Positions 27,211 to 32,000 of a stretch of 32,000 nt of DNA are shown here, piece by piece. Under the pieces are notes generated by a model. It was not told the origin of the DNA, did not search any database, and worked only from the letters and a program-made list of their open reading frames with translations. A program made the position numbers and the translations under genes. The stretch covers positions 1,560,001 through 1,592,000 of the forward strand of contig NZ_CP015137.1 in assembly GCF_001644705.1 (NCBI RefSeq). The letters run 5' to 3'. Source of the stretch: Dickeya solani IPO 2222. GTDB lineage: Bacteria > Pseudomonadota > Gammaproteobacteria > Enterobacterales > Enterobacteriaceae. The stretch's first letter is position 1. Every line of letters begins with the position of its first letter.

Positions 27211-30200
27211 GTGCGTCTGATCCTGATTTTCCTGCTGGGGTGCCTGTTATCAACCACGTCGCTGGCCGCCCTGTTGCCTGACGAAACGCAACTGAAGCAA
27301 GACCTGCAACAGGCTGAAGCCAACAAGAACGCCCCGGCGCAGGCCGACATCGTCAAAGAGTTACAGTCGGCGTTGCGCCTGCTGGACGAACGCCGGGACA
27401 CCCGCCAGCGTGCCGACCAGTACCAGCGCGCGATTGACGACTTTCCCAAACTGACCCGCGACCTGCGCCAGCAGCTAGACGCCGAAAACGCCAAACCGGC
27501 GGCGCCACCGAAAGCGACATCGGTCAACGAGCTGGAACAACAGATAGTTCAGCTTAGCAGTCAGTTGCTGGAACAGAGCCGTCAGTTACAACAGGAACAG
27601 GACCGCCAGCGGGAAATCAGCGATTCGCTGGCCCAGTTGCCGCAGCAGCAAACCGAAGCCAACCGCGCGCTGAGCGATGCCGAACGGCGCGTGCAAGCGC
27701 TGGGTAATCCCGCCACCGCACTAGGTCAGGCACAACTGGCCGCACTGCAGGCCGAAGCGGCGTTGCGAAAAAGCCGGGTGGAAGAACTGGAACTGGCGCA
27801 GCTTTCCGCCAGCAACCGTCAGGAACTGTCGCGTTTGCTGGCGGATGTCTACAAAAAACGGCGCGACCGGCTGGATAATCAGCTCCAGTTGTTGCGCAGC
27901 ACGCTGAATACCCTGCGCCAGCGCGAGGCGGAGCAGGCGCTGGAGCGTACTGAACAACTGGCGGAACAGGAAGGACAGTTGCCCACGGCGGTCGCCGGCC
28001 TGCTGCAAACCAACCGCGAGCTTTCTCTGGCGCTCAACCAGCAAGCGCAGCGCATGGATCAGATTGCCGCCCGTCAGCGCCAGACCGCCGCCCAAACGTT
28101 ACAGGTACGCCAGGCACTGAGCACGCTGCGCGAACAGGCGCAATGGCTCGGCTCTTCGCCGGCGCTGGGGGAAACCCTGCGCGCACAGGTGGCGCGGCTG
28201 CCGGAAATGCCCAAGCCCCAGCAACTGGATGGCGACATGGCGCAACTGCGCGCCCAGCGCCTGCATTACGAAGACCTGCTCAACAAGCTGTCGGCGAGCG
28301 GCGAACCCGCCCGGCAGGACGACGGCACCCCGCTGACCACCGCTCAGCAAAAGATCGTCAACGATCAGCAACGCACCCAGCGCGATCTGCTCACGTCGCT
28401 GATTTCCGGTTGCGACACCCAGATTCTGGAACTGACCAAGCTGAAAGTCGCCAGCAGCCAGCTGGAGGACGCGCTGACCGAGATCCGCGACGCAGCGCAC
28501 CGTTATTTGTTCTGGGTGGCGGATGTCGACCCGATCGGTTTCGCCTACCCGCTCAACCTGCTGCGCGACCTGTCGCGCCTGTTGTCGCTGGATACCTTCA
28601 CCCAACTTAGCGGCGCGATGCTGATGATGGCAACCAGCCAGAGCACGCTGTTGCCGCTGTTGGGCGCATTGCTGCTGGTCGGGCTCAGCATCAGCTCTCG
28701 CCGTCATTATCATGCCTTTCTGGAACGCGCCAGCAGCCGGGTGGGCAAAGTCACTCTCGACTATTTCATGCTGACGCTGCGTACCGTGTTTTGGTCGGTA
28801 ATGGTGGCGATGCCGCTACCGGTGCTGTGGGCCGCACTCGGCTACGGCCTGCAAAACGCCTGGCCCTACCCGGTGGCGGTGGCGATCGGCGACAGCGTTA
28901 CCGCCACCGTGCCGCTGATGTGGGTGGTGATGATCTGCGCCGCGTTTTCCCACCGTCAGGGGCTGTTCATCGTGCATTTCGGCTGGTCGCCGAAACAGGT
29001 AGCGCGCGCCATGCGCTACTACCGGTTGTCCATCGGTCTTATCGTGCCGCTGGTAATGGCGCTGATCACCTTTGATAACCTCAACGACCGCGAATTTTCC
29101 AGCACGCTGGGGCGGCTGTGTTTTATCCTGCTGTGTATGGCGCTCAGTCTGGTGACCACCAGCCTGAAACGCGCCGGTATACCGCTGTATCTGGATAAAG
29201 AAGGCTCCGGCGAAAATCCGGTGAACCGCGCGATGTGGAATCTGATGATCTGCATCCCACTCATTGCCGCACTGGCGTCTTGCCTGGGCTACCTCACTAC
29301 GTCGCAGGCGTTGCTGGCGCGACTGGAAACCTCGGTCGCCATCTGGTTCTTCCTGCTGGTGATTTATCACATCATCCGCCGCTGGATGTGGATTCAGCGA
29401 CGCCGCATCGCCTTTGACCGCGCCAGACAGCGCCGGGCGGACATGCTGGCGCAACGCGCCCGAGGCGAGGAAGACACGAACCCGTTGTCGCACGAAGCCG
29501 GCGGGGAGGTGGTGGAAGAACCGGTGGTGGATCTGGACGCCATCAGCGCCCGCTCGCTGAAACTGGTGCGCTCTATCTTGACGTTGATCGCGCTGGTGTC
29601 AGTAATTGCACTGTGGTCGGAAATCCATTCCGCTTTCGCCTTTATGGAAAACATCAGCCTGTGGGATGTCACCAGCACGGTGAAAGGCGTGGAGAGCGTG
29701 CAGCCGATTACCCTTGCCGCGGTACTGATCGCGCTGCTGGTATTTGTCATCACCGCGCAGCTGGTGCGCAACCTGCCTGCGCTGCTGGAGCTGGCGGTGC
29801 TACAACATATCGAGCTGTCGCCCGGCACCGGATACGCCATTATCACCGTCAGCAAATACCTGATGATGCTGGTGGGCGGGCTAATGGGGTTCTCGCTGAT
29901 CGGTATCGAATGGTCGAAACTACAGTGGCTGGTGGCGGCACTCGGCGTGGGGCTGGGGTTCGGTTTACAGGAGATCTTCGCCAACTTTATCTCCGGCCTG
30001 ATCATTCTGTTTGAAAAACCGATCCGCATCGGCGATACCGTGACCATCCGCGATCTGACCGGCAGCGTGATGCGCATCAATACCCGCGCCACCACTATTT
30101 CCGACTGGGACCGCAAAGAGATCATCGTGCCCAACAAGGCTTTCATCACCGAACAGTTCATCAACTGGTCGCTGTCCGACTCGGTCACCCGCGTGGTGCT

Positions 30201-30534
30201 GACCATCCCGGCGCCCGCCGACGCCAGTACGCAGGAGGTCACGACACTGCTGCTGGACGCGGTGAAACGCTGCTCGCTGGTGTTGGATAACCCACCGCCG
30301 GAAGTGTTTCTGGTGGACCTGCGTCAGGGCATCCAGATTTTCGAACTGCGTATCTTCGCCGCGGAAATGGGCCACCGTATGCCGCTACGTCATGAACTGC
30401 ACCAGCTGATTCTGGAAAGCTACCGCGAGCACCATCTGGTGATGCCGTTCCCGCCCTTCCAGGTACAGATGGATTCGGTGCAGATCGCCGGGCGCAACGC
30501 CGCGACCGCAACCCGTACTACGGGTGGGTTGTAA
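27211..30534 (+). CDS. mscM: miniconductance mechanosensitive channel MscM (YjeP family)
   Basis: 1107 aa, the same length as E. coli MscM as I recall. Signal-like N-terminus MRLILIFLLGCLL, long Gln/Leu-rich coiled-coil periplasmic region, multiple TM segments, C-terminal MscS domain (GFGLQEIFANFISGLIILFEKPIRIGD). Confidence 0.92.
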   Translation: MRLILIFLLGCLLSTTSLAALLPDETQLKQDLQQAEANKNAPAQADIVKELQSALRLLDERRDTRQRADQYQRAIDDFPKLTRDLRQQLDAENAKPAAPPKATSVNELEQQIVQLSSQLLEQSRQLQQEQDRQREISDSLAQLPQQQTEANRALSDAERRVQALGNPATALGQAQLAALQAEAALRKSRVEELELAQLSASNRQELSRLLADVYKKRRDRLDNQLQLLRSTLNTLRQREAEQALERTEQLAEQEGQLPTAVAGLLQTNRELSLALNQQAQRMDQIAARQRQTAAQTLQVRQALSTLREQAQWLGSSPALGETLRAQVARLPEMPKPQQLDGDMAQLRAQRLHYEDLLNKLSASGEPARQDDGTPLTTAQQKIVNDQQRTQRDLLTSLISGCDTQILELTKLKVASSQLEDALTEIRDAAHRYLFWVADVDPIGFAYPLNLLRDLSRLLSLDTFTQLSGAMLMMATSQSTLLPLLGALLLVGLSISSRRHYHAFLERASSRVGKVTLDYFMLTLRTVFWSVMVAMPLPVLWAALGYGLQNAWPYPVAVAIGDSVTATVPLMWVVMICAAFSHRQGLFIVHFGWSPKQVARAMRYYRLSIGLIVPLVMALITFDNLNDREFSSTLGRLCFILLCMALSLVTTSLKRAGIPLYLDKEGSGENPVNRAMWNLMICIPLIAALASCLGYLTTSQALLARLETSVAIWFFLLVIYHIIRRWMWIQRRRIAFDRARQRRADMLAQRARGEEDTNPLSHEAGGEVVEEPVVDLDAISARSLKLVRSILTLIALVSVIALWSEIHSAFAFMENISLWDVTSTVKGVESVQPITLAAVLIALLVFVITAQLVRNLPALLELAVLQHIELSPGTGYAIITVSKYLMMLVGGLMGFSLIGIEWSKLQWLVAALGVGLGFGLQEIFANFISGLIILFEKPIRIGDTVTIRDLTGSVMRINTRATTISDWDRKEIIVPNKAFITEQFINWSLSDSVTRVVLTIPAPADASTQEVTTLLLDAVKRCSLVLDNPPPEVFLVDLRQGIQIFELRIFAAEMGHRMPLRHELHQLILESYREHHLVMPFPPFQVQMDSVQIAGRNAATATRTTGGL

Positions 30535-30569
30535 TTCCTCTTAAGCAGATTGAAATTTCTCAGAAAAAG

Positions 30570-30602
30570 AAAACCACGGTAAGCGATGGCTTCCGTGGTT
30601 TT
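30570..30602. terminator. bidirectional rho-independent terminator between convergent mscM and epmA
   Basis: aaaaccacgg-(13 nt with inner aagc/gctt pairing)-ccgtggtttt; A-run and T-run on either side. Confidence 0.6.
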
Positions 30603-30635
30603 CAGTCAGACCCGAGTAATAAAGGAAAAGCGGCT

Positions 30636-31613
30636 TCAGGCGCGATCCACCGTAAACGCCATCACCTCGCCGATAGACTCGGCGTTCAGCGCCAGCATCA
30701 CCAGACGATCAACGCCCAGCGCCACGCCGGAACACGGCGGGATACCGGCTTCCAGCGCCGCCAGCAGGTTTTCGTCGATCGGCTGCACCGGCAGGCTGCG
30801 CGCCGCGCGTTTGCGATTATCCTGCTCGAAACGCTGCCGCTGCTCTTTACTGTCGGTCAGTTCGCAGAAACCGTTAGCCAGTTCGATGCCTTTGTAATAG
30901 ACCTCGAAACGCTCCGCCACCCGGTGATCCTCGGTGCTGATTTCCGCCAGCGCTGCCTGCGTCGCCGGGAAATGGTAGACAAACGCCGGTTTGTCGCGGC
31001 CGATGTGCGGCTCCACGCCAAACGCGAACAGCAGTTGCAACAGGGTGTCGCGATCCTCTTCCCGGCTGGCGACATTCCCCACGCCGATTTTCTCCGCCGC
31101 TTCACGCAGTTGCGCCTTGTCCGCCGACAGCGGATCCACGTCCAGATGGCGCTGGAACGCCTGCTGATAGGACAGCATCTCCGCGCTGTCGTACTCCAGC
31201 ACCTGCTGCAACAGGTCATCCATTTCGTTCATCAGCCGGTACATGTCATAGTGCGGGCGATACCACTCCAGCATGGTGAACTCAGGGTTGTGATAACGGC
31301 CGGATTCTTCGTTGCGGAAACTGCGGCACAGTTGGTAAATCGGCCCGCTGCCCGCCGCCAGCAGGCGTTTCATGTGGTATTCCGGGCTGGTCATCAGATA
31401 CAGCGCCATGCCATCGGCAGCGCCGGGACCGACAAAGTGGGTCTGGAATGGGAACAGATGCACATCCGTCACCGTCGCCTGGCTCATGGCCGGCGTTTCC
31501 ACCTCCAGCACGCCGCGGTCTGAGAAGAAACGCCGGATTTCTTTCATTATCGACGCCCGCTTCAACAGATTAGCGACAGGGGCACTGGGCTGCCAACTTG
31601 CCGTTTCGCTCAT
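30636..31613 (-). CDS. epmA: EF-P beta-lysyltransferase (elongation factor P--(R)-beta-lysine ligase)
   Basis: [41 protein letters not shown]...[11 protein letters not shown]...[14 protein letters not shown] is collinear with E. coli EpmA (325 aa). ATG 31613 has GGAG upstream. The track's extension to 31673 adds 20 non-homologous residues. Confidence 0.93.
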   Translation of the reverse strand: MSETASWQPSAPVANLLKRASIMKEIRRFFSDRGVLEVETPAMSQATVTDVHLFPFQTHFVGPGAADGMALYLMTSPEYHMKRLLAAGSGPIYQLCRSFRNEESGRYHNPEFTMLEWYRPHYDMYRLMNEMDDLLQQVLEYDSAEMLSYQQAFQRHLDVDPLSADKAQLREAAEKIGVGNVASREEDRDTLLQLLFAFGVEPHIGRDKPAFVYHFPATQAALAEISTEDHRVAERFEVYYKGIELANGFCELTDSKEQRQRFEQDNRKRAARSLPVQPIDENLLAALEAGIPPCSGVALGVDRLVMLALNAESIGEVMAFTVDRA

Positions 31614-31872
31614 GATTTCCACTCCACACTCAAACTGGAGGTGCAGTCTACCCGCATCACCACAGCCAGACAAATTTATCCCGTGAAGGGCTTTCTTCTA
31701 TTTGGCTTACCTATATTCATAATTACGGGGCACCCTCTAATCTACGATCCTGGGGATTCACTTGGTTGCCGTCTTCCCGCCACCCGAATTATTTGGGCGA
31801 TGAAAGTACTATTTGCGGATAAATCACATTTTCCGGAATATGTCCGGATAGATATTAAAAAACAGCAAAATA

Positions 31873-31914
31873 CTGGATCACATCAAATTTCAGGCATCTG
31901 CAAATCGCTATAAT
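31873..31914 (+). promoter_or_regulatory. putative class II FNR-dependent promoter (probably for an frd-like operon starting off-window)
   Basis: ctggaTCACATCAA (31873-31886; right half-site ATCAA perfect) is centred ~41.5 nt upstream of the start predicted from TATAAT (31909-31914). It resembles the E. coli frdA promoter region as I recall it (..TCGATCTCGTCAAATTTCAG..). In E. coli frdA is divergent from epmA. Confidence 0.4.
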
Positions 31915-32000
31915 CATTTCCATACAAAAAAAGGGTGATTGAATCTCTCTTTATAGGTAGTTCGGATATTTTTTCACTCGATTTAATGTCTTGGAAATTA

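Noticed and set aside
25165-30511. Many long shadow ORFs across rsgA, psd and mscM (e.g. 25360-26199, 26726-27253, 28099-28713, 28816-29493, 29394-30242)
   Set aside because: This is high-GC core DNA with strong third-position G/C bias, which keeps off-frames open. The annotated frames match well-known E. coli proteins end to end.
31641-31913. 90-aa plus-strand ORF upstream of epmA
   Set aside because: It overlaps the epmA start region and an AT-rich promoter region. It has no RBS and no recognisable motif, and it ends inside the predicted -10 box.

Overview
The window has two very different halves.

(1) nt 1 to ~24200 is the end of an accessory, visibly lower-GC trans-AT polyketide synthase (PKS) island.
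- The minus-strand operon starts with a 3850-aa PKS (5295-16847). Its domain order is a DH-like / FkbM-MT / FkbH / ACP loader, a KS whose catalytic Cys is Ser, tandem crotonase domains, tandem ACPs, a second KS, and a dead hot-dog domain.
- Next comes a 434-aa FMO/Baeyer-Villiger-type flavoprotein (3927-5231), then the first ~1306 codons of the next PKS (1-3920; ACP-KS-ACP-ACP-KS...).
- Divergently on the plus strand lies a complete beta-branching (HMG-CoA synthase) cassette: ACP, KS(Ser) decarboxylase, HMGS, ECH1 and ECH2 (17931-22330). A convergent LysE-family exporter follows.
- I recognise no AT, KR, ER or TE domain in ~15.5 kb of PKS coding sequence.
- The layout (PKS / FMO / PKS with a split module, FkbH loader, HMGS cassette, enterobacterial host) matches what I remember of the oocydin/haterumalide (ooc) clusters of Dickeya/Serratia. 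That identity needs a database search.

(2) nt ~24200-32000 is a GC-rich conserved enterobacterial core: tRNA-Gly(GCC), orn, rsgA, psd, mscM, epmA, and a probable FNR-type promoter facing the right edge.

The junction between the halves (23060-24200) is decayed. It holds one full ERIC/IRU miniature repeat plus a fragment (a second full copy lies at 17654-17779 in the PKS/cassette control region), an XRE-cupin regulator pseudogene split by the ERIC and carrying three in-frame stops, and a small XRE-like remnant. Four in-frame short tandem repeats sit in PKS interdomain linkers.

All calls come from motif recognition by eye. Domain borders are approximate (+/- ~30 nt).
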